DNA of 63,877 nt, filler included. It is 5 parts of 5 records of this genome, joined end to end, with 100 filler letters (N's around TTAATTAATTAA, not from the genome) between each part and the next. Parts side by side here need not be neighbours in the genome. Positions count along the whole stretch, not along the records: positions 41,697 to 63,877 come from SRR20825010_2944; 4 more parts are not named here. One strand, written 5' to 3'. The notes under the pieces are model-generated. The model had not been told where the DNA came from. It made no database searches and saw nothing but the letters and a program-made list of their open reading frames with translations. Positions within the stretch are counted from its first letter, which is position 1. The number at the start of each line of letters is the position of its first letter. A program made the position numbers and the translations under genes. Positions 43,473-54,246 of this stretch are shown piece by piece.

Positions 43473-44201
43473 ATGCAGCCCACATCCTCTCACCCAAAAG
43501 AGCGAATTTATTGTGCCCTTGATACGGTTGATGTGGCGGCTGCTGCAAAGCTTGCGTGCGCGCTTAAGGGAACTGTTGGTGGCATCAAGCTCGGGCTTGA
43601 GTTTTACTGTGCAAATGGCGCAGACGGATACAAACGGGTGGCGGAAGAGGGCTTACCCATCTTCCTGGACCTGAAGTTTCACGATATCCCCAATACAGTT
43701 GCCGGTGCGATCCGCGCTGTGGCGCCTCTTGGCCCGAAGCTTTTCACTATCCACACTCAGGGTGGGCCGGAGATGGTGCGCCGTGCTGCTGATGCGGCGC
43801 GCGAGGAAGCCGAACGTCATGGCCATACCAGGCCGTGGGTGATTGGCGTCAGCGTGCTGACGAGCCTTGATGGCAGTGACCTGAACGCAATTGGTGTTGG
43901 TGACGCGATACCGGATCAGGTGGCGCGCCTGGCCGCACTCGCGCAAGACTGCGGTATTGATGGCCTTGTCTGCAGCCCCAAAGAGATCACCTTGGCGCGT
44001 GCCGCCACAAACCCGGGTTTCAAGCTGATTGTGCCCGGCATTCGACCCGCTGGCGCGGCTGTGGGTGACCAGAAACGGGTGATGACCCCTCAGGATGCGG
44101 TTACCGCAGGGGCAGATATCCTCGTGATCGGTCGCCCTATCACACAAGCCGAAGACCCGGCAGCGGCAGCAACCGCGATTGCGGAAAGCCTGAACGTCTA
44201 G
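43473..44201 (+). CDS. pyrF: orotidine-5'-phosphate decarboxylase
   Basis: ALD, KLGLE, DLKFHDIPNTV, PGIRP, VIGRPI. Confidence 0.97.
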   Translation: MQPTSSHPKERIYCALDTVDVAAAAKLACALKGTVGGIKLGLEFYCANGADGYKRVAEEGLPIFLDLKFHDIPNTVAGAIRAVAPLGPKLFTIHTQGGPEMVRRAADAAREEAERHGHTRPWVIGVSVLTSLDGSDLNAIGVGDAIPDQVARLAALAQDCGIDGLVCSPKEITLARAATNPGFKLIVPGIRPAGAAVGDQKRVMTPQDAVTAGADILVIGRPITQAEDPAAAATAIAESLNV

Positions 44202-44235
44202 ACCCCTAAAAGCCTAAACCCAGGAAAGGCGGCCG

Positions 44236-45273
44236 ATGTTTGATACCTGCTACCTGCACCTCGGCGGAGAAAAAACCGGGTCCACGACTATTCAGAAGTT
44301 CCTTGCGGACAACCGTGCGGCATTCAAGAAAAATGGCTATTTTATCCCTCGCGCGCCAGGTGAGCTAAGCCACGTTCGGCTCGCGGTTTATGCGCAGCAA
44401 GATTTTGCCAATGCGGCATTTCTCACGGGCGTAGGGATAACCGATGCAAGCAAGCTGAACGCGCGGCAGGAAAAGATTGCGGCGCGCCTTAAAGCGGAGA
44501 TTGAGGCAGTTAAGGCGCCAATGCATGCGCTTGTACTATCAAGCGAGCATTGTCAGTCTGAAGTGGTGACGGAGGCGTCGGTGAGGCGCTTGGCTGACCT
44601 GCTAGGGTGCTTCGCTCGCACCATTCGCATTATATTTTACGTACGTCGGCAGGATCATGTGGCGGTGAGCCATTTCTCCACAGCGCTTCGATTGGGTTTT
44701 GAGGTACCCTCGCCTGATCTAGGCGCGGACGAGCAATCCCACAGATATAACCACTTCAGGGTGGCGAAGCTTTACGCTTCAGTGTTTGGGCAGGACGCTA
44801 TTGATGTTCGTCTTTTTGGTGCTGACGAATTTGAGGGTAAGGACCTGCTTGACGATTTTACATCGGCAATCAAGTTACCCGTGGCAGGAACGTGGCCTCG
44901 CGCATCGAGGGTGAACGCTTCGCTCAACCTCGATGCGCAGCGGCTTCTGCTCTTCTTGAATACGCTCGGCAATACACCGTTCTCTATGGATAGTGATAAG
45001 AGGGCTTTGCTCTTGGAGGTTTTGGAACGCGAGATGGGGGGAACCGGCATTCTGCCCGCCCGGTCGGATGCCGAGGCTTTTGTGAAGCGGTTTGACGCGA
45101 GCAACGAAGCGCTGCGCGCACGGTATTTCCCCCATCTACCGACTCCACTATTTGGCGATGATTATAGCTGCTATCCAACAAAGGTTGGCGCGGCTGTGAT
45201 GAAAAGAGCGGAGGCGGTTCAAATTCTCGATCGCTTGTTGCCGGACCACCAAGCGATAATCGAGCGCCTTTAG
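44236..45273 (+). CDS. sulfotransferase-like P-loop protein
   Basis: LHLGGEKTGSTTIQ, LSSEH, YVRRQD, RVNASL. Confidence 0.75.
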   Translation: MFDTCYLHLGGEKTGSTTIQKFLADNRAAFKKNGYFIPRAPGELSHVRLAVYAQQDFANAAFLTGVGITDASKLNARQEKIAARLKAEIEAVKAPMHALVLSSEHCQSEVVTEASVRRLADLLGCFARTIRIIFYVRRQDHVAVSHFSTALRLGFEVPSPDLGADEQSHRYNHFRVAKLYASVFGQDAIDVRLFGADEFEGKDLLDDFTSAIKLPVAGTWPRASRVNASLNLDAQRLLLFLNTLGNTPFSMDSDKRALLLEVLEREMGGTGILPARSDAEAFVKRFDASNEALRARYFPHLPTPLFGDDYSCYPTKVGAAVMKRAEAVQILDRLLPDHQAIIERL

Positions 45274-45665
45274 CGTAGCTCTTTTCTGATTACGAGCTTG
45301 AGCCCGGACCAGACCTCATCCACAGCGCAGACCTTGATATCCACAAGCCCGATGGGAAGGGCTACCTCACGTACCACATCTTCGGTCATGCTGGTTGGGA
45401 CTTTTGAAGCCTTTTTCGGCCATGATATCCAGATCATGCCGTCACGTTTGATGGCGGCTATCAGGTTTTCCAGGTCACGCTCAAAGTCAGTCCGTTCAAT
45501 ATAGAACGCGTGGATAAAGTCACTGTTTGTCGTTACCTCAACAACACCAACCGGCAACTCCCCTAGAAGGTTGCTGTAGTGCGCAGGCGCATGGACCGTC
45601 TGTATTCTATGGCCGTCTTTGATCCCCAATTTCTTGATTAGCGGCGTACCAGAGTATCCAGCCAT
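45270..45665 (-). CDS. DUF3052-family protein
   Basis: MAGYSGTPLIKKLGIK, WISWPKKASK, GLVDIKVCAVD...WSGLK. Confidence 0.85.
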   Translation of the reverse strand: MAGYSGTPLIKKLGIKDGHRIQTVHAPAHYSNLLGELPVGVVEVTTNSDFIHAFYIERTDFERDLENLIAAIKRDGMIWISWPKKASKVPTSMTEDVVREVALPIGLVDIKVCAVDEVWSGLKLVIRKELR

Positions 45666-45681
45666 GAACTTTTCCCCTTAT

Positions 45682-46611
45682 TTACTGAACCCGCGTGATG
45701 ACAGCGCCGTTTTTCTGCAGCAGGTCGATCACGGAATTTTCGCCAACAAGGTGCCCGGCACCAACGGCCATAAAATAGCGTCCGGGTCGGTCAAGGACCT
45801 GGGCGAGCTTGGCCGCCCAGTCCCGGTTGCGATTTGTCAGCAGATGCTCTTCAAGGCCGGGGGCTAGCGAGAGCGAATCGTTGATAATCTGGTCCAGCAT
45901 CTCTGTGTTGCCATAAAGCCAGGCGCCTTGCATCTGCGCGTAATAGACATCCAGCTCGGCATTTTGCCTGAGTGTATCAACCAGCAGAGCCTTTTCCTGT
46001 GCCAGCGAGAGGGTGGAAAAAAGCGCCACCTGTTGCTCTGCCACCTCAAGGCCGTAAATCGGCTTATTCGCCGTTTCTGCTTGTGCGATGAAATATTTGT
46101 CTGCCCCGCTTGCCGGGTCATAGCCCGCTTTCACGAGGCCAATAACCGCCAGCGACATGCCCGCAAACCATGGTCGTGTTTTCTCGAAAGTGCCTGTGGG
46201 CACGTTCAGCTTCCTGCACAGGCGCTCTACGTCATTATAGACACCGTTGCCAACAAGCGACCGCAGACTTTGGCTGTCTGGCAGACGTCCGGCCTCGGTA
46301 AACAAGGGGCCAGCGCGGGATATCTGGTCACCGTCCAGCTCCACGATCAGGCCGTCTGCACCATCAAAGGCTGCTTTGGTTTCTGTCGTCAGCCAGTTGG
46401 TTTCTGTGCTGAGGACATGCAGCGTGCCAAAAATATAAACCTCGGTATCGCTGTCTGCCATGCGCCACAGGGCAGGAGCCGCAGTCGCGGAAGGTAATCC
46501 GGTCCCTACAAGCAGCAGAAAGACAGCAAAAATCCTAAGGGCGACAGGGGTTTGGCGCTTGAGTGCGCTATGCAAATATGATCTCATGCGGGCAGTTTCC
46601 CACGAGGCCAT
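45682..46611 (-). CDS. TraB/GumN (Tiki-like metalloprotease) family protein (start uncertain)
   Basis: PALW, FGTLH, GLE, RNRDW, AVGAGHL; signal peptide. Confidence 0.9.
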   Translation of the reverse strand: MASWETARMRSYLHSALKRQTPVALRIFAVFLLLVGTGLPSATAAPALWRMADSDTEVYIFGTLHVLSTETNWLTTETKAAFDGADGLIVELDGDQISRAGPLFTEAGRLPDSQSLRSLVGNGVYNDVERLCRKLNVPTGTFEKTRPWFAGMSLAVIGLVKAGYDPASGADKYFIAQAETANKPIYGLEVAEQQVALFSTLSLAQEKALLVDTLRQNAELDVYYAQMQGAWLYGNTEMLDQIINDSLSLAPGLEEHLLTNRNRDWAAKLAQVLDRPGRYFMAVGAGHLVGENSVIDLLQKNGAVITRVQ

Positions 46612-46653
46612 CTTTCATGCAATATCCGGCGTCAGATAAGCCCTCGAATCTGC

Positions 46654-46682
46654 TTGCAAACGGCGGCTTCCGGCGTTATACA
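46654..46682 (+). promoter_or_regulatory. putative sigma-70 promoter of rpmI-rplT
   Basis: TTGCAA-17 nt-TATACA; the -10 element lacks the -7 T, as is common in alphaproteobacteria. Confidence 0.6.
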
Positions 46683-46768
46683 CCCCACTTCATCGAACCG
46701 TCCGGCTATTTTAGGGCTGCCGCGCCGGTTCAGAAAAGTCGAACTTGCAAGTAATAAGTGAGGACAAA

Positions 46769-46969
46769 ATGCCCAAGATGAAAACGAAATCGAGCGTGAA
46801 AAAGCGCTTCAGCTTGACCGCTTCTGGTAAAGTACGTGCAAACCAGGCTGGTAAACAGCACGGTATGATCAAGCGTACCAACAAGCAAATCCGTAACCTG
46901 CGTGGCACCACTATCCTTGCAGATTGTGACGCTAACATCGTTAAGAAGTTTATGCCTTACGGCGGCTAA
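46769..46969 (+). CDS. rpmI: 50S ribosomal protein L35
   Basis: [14 protein letters not shown]. Confidence 0.97.
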   Translation: MPKMKTKSSVKKRFSLTASGKVRANQAGKQHGMIKRTNKQIRNLRGTTILADCDANIVKKFMPYGG

Positions 46970-47006
46970 GCCCCGTTTAGGTCTTCAAGGTTAAGGAGAA
47001 AATACC

Positions 47007-47366
47007 ATGGCACGTGTCACGCGCGGACTAACATCACACGCCCGTCACAAAAAGGTTCTCGAGCAAGCCAAAGGCTATCGGGGCCGTCGTAAAAACACAA
47101 TCAAGGTTGCTCGCCAGGCTGTTGAAAAAGCTGGCCAGTACGCATACCGCGACCGTAAAGCACGCAAGCGCACGTTCCGCGCTCTGTGGATCCAGCGTAT
47201 CAACGCCGGTTCACGCGCTCTCGGTCTGCAATATGGCCAGTTCATGCACGGCCTCAAGCTCGCTGGTGTTGAGCTTGACCGTAAAGTGCTGAGCGACCTC
47301 GCGATCACTGAACCAGCTGCATTTGAAGCGCTTGTGGAACAGGCTAAGGCCGCCCTCGCCAAGTAA
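47007..47366 (+). CDS. rplT: 50S ribosomal protein L20
   Basis: [34 protein letters not shown]. Confidence 0.98.
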   Translation: MARVTRGLTSHARHKKVLEQAKGYRGRRKNTIKVARQAVEKAGQYAYRDRKARKRTFRALWIQRINAGSRALGLQYGQFMHGLKLAGVELDRKVLSDLAITEPAAFEALVEQAKAALAK

Positions 47367-47404
47367 GGCTGGTTTCGCGACTACATCGCGACCACAAAAT
47401 AATT

Positions 47405-47435
47405 GGGGGCCTGGCCGTTGGCGAGGCCCCTTTTT
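47405..47435 (+). terminator. intrinsic terminator of rpmI-rplT
   Basis: GGGGCCT...AGGCCCC followed by TTTTT. Confidence 0.8.
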
Positions 47436-47528
47436 ATTTGCGCCGTGCTTATTCCCTCGACATATTCGTCGGCGCAGATAACACCTACTTAGAATATTTC
47501 GATCTGATCATCCCAAAGCGGAAGAGAC

Positions 47529-48608
47529 ATGCAGGAACAAATCTCAGCCCTCAGAGAGGACATCACAGCGCGCATCAAGGCCGCAGGCGATCTCGCCGCC
47601 CTTGAAGACATTCGTGTTGGCGCACTTGGCAAAAAAGGCAGTGTTTCAGAGCTGATGAAAGGCCTCGGCCGCATGAGCCCTGAAGAGCGCAAGGAAATGG
47701 GCCCGGCGCTCAATGGCCTGAAGACCGATGTGGCAAACGAGATTGCCAAAGCCAAAGAGGTGCTGGAAGAAGCTGCTCTTGAAGCACGCCTCAAATCCGA
47801 GAAGGTGGATATCACCCTGCCGGTGTCCAATCACCCCATGGGCAGCATTCACCCGATCAGCCAAGTGATGGACGAAATAGCAGAGATTTTTGCAGGCCTC
47901 GGGTTTGATGTTGCAGAAGGGCCGGATATCGAAAATGATTTTCATAACTTCACCGCACTCAACATCCCCGAAGAACACCCTGCCCGTCAGGACCATGACA
48001 CCTTCTACCTGAAGCCTGACGCGAACGGGGAGCGCAAGGTGCTGCGCACGCACACAAGCCCCGTGCAGGTACGGACAATGCTTTCGAAAGAGCCGCCCAT
48101 TCGCATTATCGCGCCGGGCCGGACGTACCGTTCTGACTGGGACGCGACACACACACCCATGTTCCACCAGCTTGAAGGCCTTGTGATCGACCGTGATACA
48201 CACCTTGGCCACCTCAAGGGCACGCTTGAGGCTTTCCTCAAAGCGTTTTTTGAGGTGGATGCGGTAACGCTTCGCCTCAGGCCCAGCTATTTCCCGTTCA
48301 CCGAACCTTCAATGGAAGTGGATGTGCAGTGCAGCTTTGAAGGTGGCACGCTCAAGATTGGTGATGGTAACGACTGGCTTGAGATTCTCGGCTCCGGCAT
48401 GGTTCACCCCAAAGTGCTGACCGCCTGTAACCTTGATCCGAACGTTTATCAGGGTTTTGCTTTTGGTGTGGGCATCGACCGTCTTGCTATGCTGAAATAC
48501 GGCATCAATGACCTGCGTGCTGTGTTCGACAGCGACCTCAGGTGGCTCAAACACTATGGTTTCCGGGCACTGGACTTGCCGACGATCGCTGGAGGGCTCA
48601 GCCGATGA
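47529..48608 (+). CDS. pheS: phenylalanine--tRNA ligase alpha subunit
   Basis: [34 protein letters not shown]. Confidence 0.98.
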   Translation: MQEQISALREDITARIKAAGDLAALEDIRVGALGKKGSVSELMKGLGRMSPEERKEMGPALNGLKTDVANEIAKAKEVLEEAALEARLKSEKVDITLPVSNHPMGSIHPISQVMDEIAEIFAGLGFDVAEGPDIENDFHNFTALNIPEEHPARQDHDTFYLKPDANGERKVLRTHTSPVQVRTMLSKEPPIRIIAPGRTYRSDWDATHTPMFHQLEGLVIDRDTHLGHLKGTLEAFLKAFFEVDAVTLRLRPSYFPFTEPSMEVDVQCSFEGGTLKIGDGNDWLEILGSGMVHPKVLTACNLDPNVYQGFAFGVGIDRLAMLKYGINDLRAVFDSDLRWLKHYGFRALDLPTIAGGLSR

Positions 48609-51004
48609 AATTCACCCTAAGCTGGCTCAAGGACTATCTGGATACAGACGCAAGCCTTGAGGAAATCCTCGCGAAACTGAATGCTATCGGCCTTGAGGTT
48701 GAGGGTGTTGAAAACCCGGCTGACGCGCTGGCACCTTTCACCATCGCGCAGGTTGTCTCGGCTGAAAAACACCCGGATGCTGACAAGCTGAAGGTTTGCA
48801 AGGTATCGGACGGCAAGACCGAGATGCAGATCGTTTGCGGCGCACCCAACGCGCGCACCGGCATTAAAGTTGTGCTGGGGCAGCCGGGCGACTATGTGCC
48901 CGGGCTTGATGTCACGCTCAAGAAAGCAAAGATCCGCGGCGTCGAATCGTCCGGTATGATGTGTTCATATCGTGAGCTTGAGCTTGGTGATGACCATGAC
49001 GGCATTATTGAGCTTGCGGAGGACGCTCCTGTGGGTATGTCTTTTGTTGAGTATGCGAAGCTTGATGAACCCGTGATTGATATCGCCATCACACCTAACC
49101 GGCAGGACTGCCTGGGAGTTTACGGTGTAGCGCGTGACCTTGCGGCGGCAGGCGTTGGTACGCTCAAGCACCCGTCTGACGAGAAGGTACAGGGCTCGTT
49201 TAAAAGCGATATTTCGGTCTCTATCGACCTGCCCGCGGGTCAAGAGGCTGCGTGCCCGCATTTTGTGGGCCGTCGTTTCAAGGGCGTGAAAAACGGCCCG
49301 AGTCCCAAATGGATGCAGGACCGCCTTAAGGCGATTGGCCTGCGCCCTATCTCGGCGCTCGTTGATATTACCAATTATGTTTCTTATGACCTTGGGCGCC
49401 CGCTTCATGTGTATGACGCGACGAAACTCAACGGAAATCTGAAGGCTCGTCTGGCAGAAAAAGGCGAAAGCTTCCTCGCGCTTGACGGCAAAACCCACAC
49501 CTGCAATGGCGGTGAGACTGTGATTGCGGATGATAAAGCCGTACTCGGTTTTGGTGGTGTGATTGGCGGCGAAGACACAGGCTGTGATGAAAACACTACG
49601 GACCTTGTGCTTGAGGCTGCGCTGTTTGACCCTATCTCAACCGCGATGACGGGCCGCACACACGGTATCAACACCGATGCGCGCTACCGTTTTGAGCGCG
49701 GCGTGGATAGCCAGTTTGTCCGTCAGGGCGTTGAGATTGCGACCAGCCTGATTCTCGACCTTTGTGGTGGGGAGACAAGCGAACCGTTTGAAGCGGGCGC
49801 TGTGCCGACATGGGACCGCACTGTGCCGTTCCGTTCCGAGCGGGTGAAAACACTGGGTGGTGTTGATCTGCGCGCGGAAACCAGCCTTGCCATTCTCGCA
49901 AAACTTGGTTTCACCGTTGTGGGAGACGACCCCTACACGGTGCATGTGCCTTCATGGCGTGTGGATGTGGAAGGCGAAGCCGATATTGTTGAAGAAGTGC
50001 TGCGTATTCACGGGTACGACAATATCCCGAGCGTGCAGCTCCCGGCCACCAACCATAAGGCGGGCACCACGCTAAGCCCACGCCAGAAACAAAGCCGCGC
50101 TGCAAAACGCGGGCTTGCGGCGGCTGGCATGTGTGAGGCTGTTACCTGGTCGTTTATGAAGCGTGAGGACGCGGTGTTGTTTGGTGGTGGTGACGAGACG
50201 CTTGTGGTTGATAACCCGATCTCAAGCGAGCTGGACTGCATGCGCCCCACGATCCTCGCGAACCTGATTTCTGCGGCGGGTCGCAACGCTGACCGGGGTG
50301 CCTCAAGCATCGCGCTTTTTGAAGTGGGCGGTATTTACCGCAATGACACGGAAAAAGGCCAGCTTCTGACCGCAACCGGTATTCGGTCAGGTGATGCAAC
50401 GCCACGGCACTGGGAAAAGCAGAGCCGGAAGGTAAGTGTGTTTGACGCCAAGCGTGATGCCCTGACAGCGCTTGAAGCTGTGGGTGCGCCTGTGGCCAAC
50501 CTACAGGCTTTTGACGAAGCGCCGGATTATTATCATCCAGGTCGCTCGGGCACACTGCGCCTTGGCCCCAAGAATATTCTGGCAAGCTTTGGCGAGTTGC
50601 ACCCGCGTATCCTCAAGGCGCTGGATGTGGACGGCCCTGTGGTTGGTTTTGAAGTGTTCCTTGATAATGTGCCTTCTGGGCGCAAGTCGGGTGCTGCGAA
50701 AGGCGCGCTGGAGGTTTCCAACCTTCAGGCGGTGGAGCGGGATTTTGCCTTTCTCATCTCCAGGGATGCAAAAGCAGGAGATCTGATCCGTGCAATCAAG
50801 GGGGCTGATAAGGTGCATATCACTGATGTGCAGATCTTTGATCTTTATGAAGGCAAGGGTGTGCCGGAAGATCAGCGCTCTGTAGCCGTGTCGGTTCTAC
50901 TTGAGCCAAAGGGTGAAACCTTTGCTGACAAGGACATTGAAGCCATCGGGGCCAAGGTGTGTGCGGCGGCTGAAAAGGCGGTCGGAGCCACACTTCGAGG
51001 CTGA
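48605..51004 (+). CDS. pheT: phenylalanine--tRNA ligase beta subunit
   Basis: [41 protein letters not shown] overlap with pheS. Confidence 0.98.
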   Translation: MKFTLSWLKDYLDTDASLEEILAKLNAIGLEVEGVENPADALAPFTIAQVVSAEKHPDADKLKVCKVSDGKTEMQIVCGAPNARTGIKVVLGQPGDYVPGLDVTLKKAKIRGVESSGMMCSYRELELGDDHDGIIELAEDAPVGMSFVEYAKLDEPVIDIAITPNRQDCLGVYGVARDLAAAGVGTLKHPSDEKVQGSFKSDISVSIDLPAGQEAACPHFVGRRFKGVKNGPSPKWMQDRLKAIGLRPISALVDITNYVSYDLGRPLHVYDATKLNGNLKARLAEKGESFLALDGKTHTCNGGETVIADDKAVLGFGGVIGGEDTGCDENTTDLVLEAALFDPISTAMTGRTHGINTDARYRFERGVDSQFVRQGVEIATSLILDLCGGETSEPFEAGAVPTWDRTVPFRSERVKTLGGVDLRAETSLAILAKLGFTVVGDDPYTVHVPSWRVDVEGEADIVEEVLRIHGYDNIPSVQLPATNHKAGTTLSPRQKQSRAAKRGLAAAGMCEAVTWSFMKREDAVLFGGGDETLVVDNPISSELDCMRPTILANLISAAGRNADRGASSIALFEVGGIYRNDTEKGQLLTATGIRSGDATPRHWEKQSRKVSVFDAKRDALTALEAVGAPVANLQAFDEAPDYYHPGRSGTLRLGPKNILASFGELHPRILKALDVDGPVVGFEVFLDNVPSGRKSGAAKGALEVSNLQAVERDFAFLISRDAKAGDLIRAIKGADKVHITDVQIFDLYEGKGVPEDQRSVAVSVLLEPKGETFADKDIEAIGAKVCAAAEKAVGATLRG

Positions 51005-51134
51005 TATGAGCCAATTTTACTAAAATTTTAATCGATCATGCTTGCAAAATGTTCCTGATCGGTTTTCATATCTAAGAGAGAAGAAGCAGGGCACGATGGG
51101 GCGTTGTCCTGTTTTCATTGCGTGGGTGTGAACA

Positions 51135-52130
51135 TTGGCTGCTAAGCAGAAACCAAAAAAAGGTGCAGACGTACCGCTGAAATTGCGCTTGAAGGCCTGG
51201 TGGGAAGGCTATGATACGGAAGATATCAAAAAGCGTATAAGTAGTCGTCAACCGGAAGACGAAGCGAAGGCACCAGCGAAAGCTGACATCGCGCCGCCTA
51301 AAGCTGTGTCTGCGGAAAATCTTGACCCGTGGGACACGGCTACTGTTGATATTGCCCAATATATCTGGGGCAAGGGCTTCTGTGGTCCTGGCGGCCCGGA
51401 TTATATCGTATCCCTTTCCAAGCTTCTGGCGCTCAGCCCTGAAATGTCCATGCTGCAGATTGGCGCAGGCCTTGGCGGCCCCGCGCGCGTTCTGGTGGAC
51501 CGTTTTGGTGTCTGGATCACCGGCTTTGAAGAATCGCAGATGCTGGTGGACAAGGGGCGCAAGCTCTCGAAAATGTCCGGGCTCGAGAAAAAAGCGCAGC
51601 TTGAGCAATATAACCCTGAAGAATTTGATGGTTTCGACCGCAAGTATGACCGTGCCCTTTCCAAAGAGGCGCTCTACACCATCGAAGACAAAAATTCGAT
51701 GATTGCGAAGATCGAAGACAAGCTCAAGCCGGGTGGCTTGTTCTTGCTGACCGAATATGTGATCTCGAGCGATTCTGTGGTCGGTAAAGATCGTTACAAG
51801 GAGTGGGTTGTTGGCGAACGGCATCATCCTTATCCGGTGCTGTCGGATGATCTGGTAGAGATGCTCAAGAAAAACCGCCTGCAAGTGCGTGTATCTGAAG
51901 ATATCAGCATGCAATATGTGGATATGATCAACAAAGCATGGGCCGGTGCCGATGAAGTGGCCGCTGCGCTTGCGAAACGCGACGACGGCACCATGATGAT
52001 CCAGACACTGATGCGCGAAGCCGAGTTCTGGACCCGCCGCAAAAAGATGCTGGAAACCGGCGATCTCAAGCTGTGGCGGATTGTGTGTAACAAAAAATCT
52101 GGCGGCCCGTCGATGATGTCCGACTGGTAA
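51135..52130 (+). CDS. class I SAM-dependent methyltransferase-fold protein (N-methyltransferase-like)
   Basis: WGKGFCGPGG, LQIGAGLGGPAR, LKPGGLFLLTEY. Confidence 0.8.
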   Translation: MAAKQKPKKGADVPLKLRLKAWWEGYDTEDIKKRISSRQPEDEAKAPAKADIAPPKAVSAENLDPWDTATVDIAQYIWGKGFCGPGGPDYIVSLSKLLALSPEMSMLQIGAGLGGPARVLVDRFGVWITGFEESQMLVDKGRKLSKMSGLEKKAQLEQYNPEEFDGFDRKYDRALSKEALYTIEDKNSMIAKIEDKLKPGGLFLLTEYVISSDSVVGKDRYKEWVVGERHHPYPVLSDDLVEMLKKNRLQVRVSEDISMQYVDMINKAWAGADEVAAALAKRDDGTMMIQTLMREAEFWTRRKKMLETGDLKLWRIVCNKKSGGPSMMSDW

Positions 52131-52259
52131 TCAGGCGCCTGACCTCACAGTAGAATCACGAAAATGACATCGTTGCCATAGTAGAACTTGCAACGATTGC
52201 CATCTGCCGTCATGATCCCCTCGGTTAACTGGCTCAGTTAATTGGAGGGAGTAAAGGTC

Positions 52260-54197
52260 ATGAGCGAAGATTTAACGTTTCCGGTGCCGCAAACGGCACT
52301 TGAAGGCACCCACTGCACCAATGAAAAATACCAGGAGATGTACGAGCGTTCGCTTGTCGACCCGGAAGGTTTCTGGCGTGAAGAAGGTAAGCGCATCGAT
52401 TGGATCACTCCCTACACCAGAATCAAAAACACAAGTTTTGAGGATGATGTTTCTATTCGCTGGTTTGAGGACGGCACACTCAATGCGTCGGTCAACTGTA
52501 TCGACCGGCACTTGCCTGAGCGCGCGGATGATGTGGCCATCATTTGGGAAGGTGACGACCCGGCGGACCATAAGCACATCACCTATGCTGAGCTTCACCG
52601 TGAAGTTTGCCGTTTTGCGAATGTGCTGAAGGCACGCGGCGCCAGGAAGGGTGACCGTGTCACCATCTATATGCCGATGATCCCTGAGGCCGTCTACGCC
52701 ATGCTGGCGTGTGCGCGCATTGGCGCAGTGCATTCTGTCGTGTTTGGTGGTTTCTCGCCGGATGCACTGGCGGGCCGTATACTGGACTGTGCGTCAACCC
52801 TTGTGATCACCGCAGACGAAGGTTTGCGCGGCACAAAAAAGATACCGCTTAAGGTGAATGTTGATGCGGCGCTTGAGAAGTGCCCCGATGTTACGAGCGT
52901 TGTGGTGGTGCGTCGCACGGGCACTGATACTGGCTGGGTTGAAGGGCGCGACATTTGGTACCATGAGGCTGTGGCAGATGTTTCCAGCGACTGTGCGCCG
53001 GAGGAAATGAAGGCGGAAGATCCGCTCTTCATTCTCTATACCAGCGGCTCAACCGGCTCTCCCAAAGGGGTACTCCATACCACAGGCGGGTATATGGTGT
53101 GGGCATCAATGACCCATGAATATGCGTTTGATTATAAAAGGGGCGAGATTTACTGGTGCACGGCAGATGTGGGCTGGGTCACTGGCCACAGCTATATCGT
53201 CTATGGGCCGCTCGCAAATGGCGCGACGACGCTTGTTTTTGAGGGTGTGCCGACTTACCCGGACGCCGGACGCTTCTGGCAGGTCTGTGACAAGCACAAG
53301 GTCAACATTTTTTATACAGCACCGACGGCGATCCGGGCGCTTCAGCGCCTTGGCGACGATCATGTGAAAAAACATGACCGTTCCTCCATTCGCTTACTCG
53401 GTAGTGTAGGCGAACCCATTAATCCCGAAGCCTGGTTATGGTATCACCGCGTGGTGGGCGATGAGCGCTGCCCGGTTGTTGATACATGGTGGCAGACAGA
53501 AACCGGCGGTATCATGATTTCGCCACTGCCGGGCGCAACCGCCATGAAACCGGGCTCAGCAACCCGTCCATTTTTTGGTGTGCAGCCCGCGCTTGTGGAC
53601 CAGGCAGGGGGATTTCTTGACGGTGCCACGTCCGGCAATCTGGTGATCAAGGACAGTTGGCCGGGGCAGGCTCGGACGATTTATGGCGACCATAAAAGGT
53701 TCATCCAAACCTATTTTTCAACCTATAAAGGCCTCTATTTTACCGGTGATGGCTGCCGGCGGGACGACGATGGCTATTATTGGATAACCGGCCGGGTTGA
53801 TGACGTGATCAATGTGTCGGGGCACCGGATCGGTACGGCCGAAATCGAATCGGCCCTTGTGGCGCATACAGGGGTATCTGAGGCAGCTGTTGTTGGTTTC
53901 CCACATGACATCAAGGGGCAAGGCATTTACGCCTATGTGACACCCCCTGAAGATACGGTGCCGAGTGACGAGCTGCGCAATGAGTTGGTTGCTTTTGTGC
54001 GCAAGGAAATTGGCCCGGTGGCAACGCCTGATCATATCCAGTTTGCGCCGGCTCTGCCGAAAACGCGCTCAGGCAAGATCATGCGACGTATTCTACGTAA
54101 GATTGCGGGCAATGACTTCAGCAATCTGGGGGATACATCGACCCTTGCAGATCCAGGCGTGGTGGACGATCTCATTGAGAACAGGCTGAATCGCTAG
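52260..54197 (+). CDS. acs: acetyl-CoA synthetase
   Basis: [37 protein letters not shown]. Confidence 0.98.
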   Translation: MSEDLTFPVPQTALEGTHCTNEKYQEMYERSLVDPEGFWREEGKRIDWITPYTRIKNTSFEDDVSIRWFEDGTLNASVNCIDRHLPERADDVAIIWEGDDPADHKHITYAELHREVCRFANVLKARGARKGDRVTIYMPMIPEAVYAMLACARIGAVHSVVFGGFSPDALAGRILDCASTLVITADEGLRGTKKIPLKVNVDAALEKCPDVTSVVVVRRTGTDTGWVEGRDIWYHEAVADVSSDCAPEEMKAEDPLFILYTSGSTGSPKGVLHTTGGYMVWASMTHEYAFDYKRGEIYWCTADVGWVTGHSYIVYGPLANGATTLVFEGVPTYPDAGRFWQVCDKHKVNIFYTAPTAIRALQRLGDDHVKKHDRSSIRLLGSVGEPINPEAWLWYHRVVGDERCPVVDTWWQTETGGIMISPLPGATAMKPGSATRPFFGVQPALVDQAGGFLDGATSGNLVIKDSWPGQARTIYGDHKRFIQTYFSTYKGLYFTGDGCRRDDDGYYWITGRVDDVINVSGHRIGTAEIESALVAHTGVSEAAVVGFPHDIKGQGIYAYVTPPEDTVPSDELRNELVAFVRKEIGPVATPDHIQFAPALPKTRSGKIMRRILRKIAGNDFSNLGDTSTLADPGVVDDLIENRLNR

Positions 54198-54215
54198 CTG
54201 GCTTAAGGTGAGTTT

Positions 54216-54239
54216 AAAGGGCGCTTGAGCGCCCTTTTT
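54216..54239. terminator. intrinsic terminator between convergent acs and the hybrid kinase
   Basis: AAAGGGCGC-TTGA-GCGCCCTTT followed by further T. Confidence 0.8.
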
Positions 54240-54246
54240 CTATCAA

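Noticed and set aside
45682..46611. TraB family gene as evidence of a conjugative element
   Set aside because: TraB/GumN is a protease-like family; no relaxase, T4SS or integrase genes are nearby.
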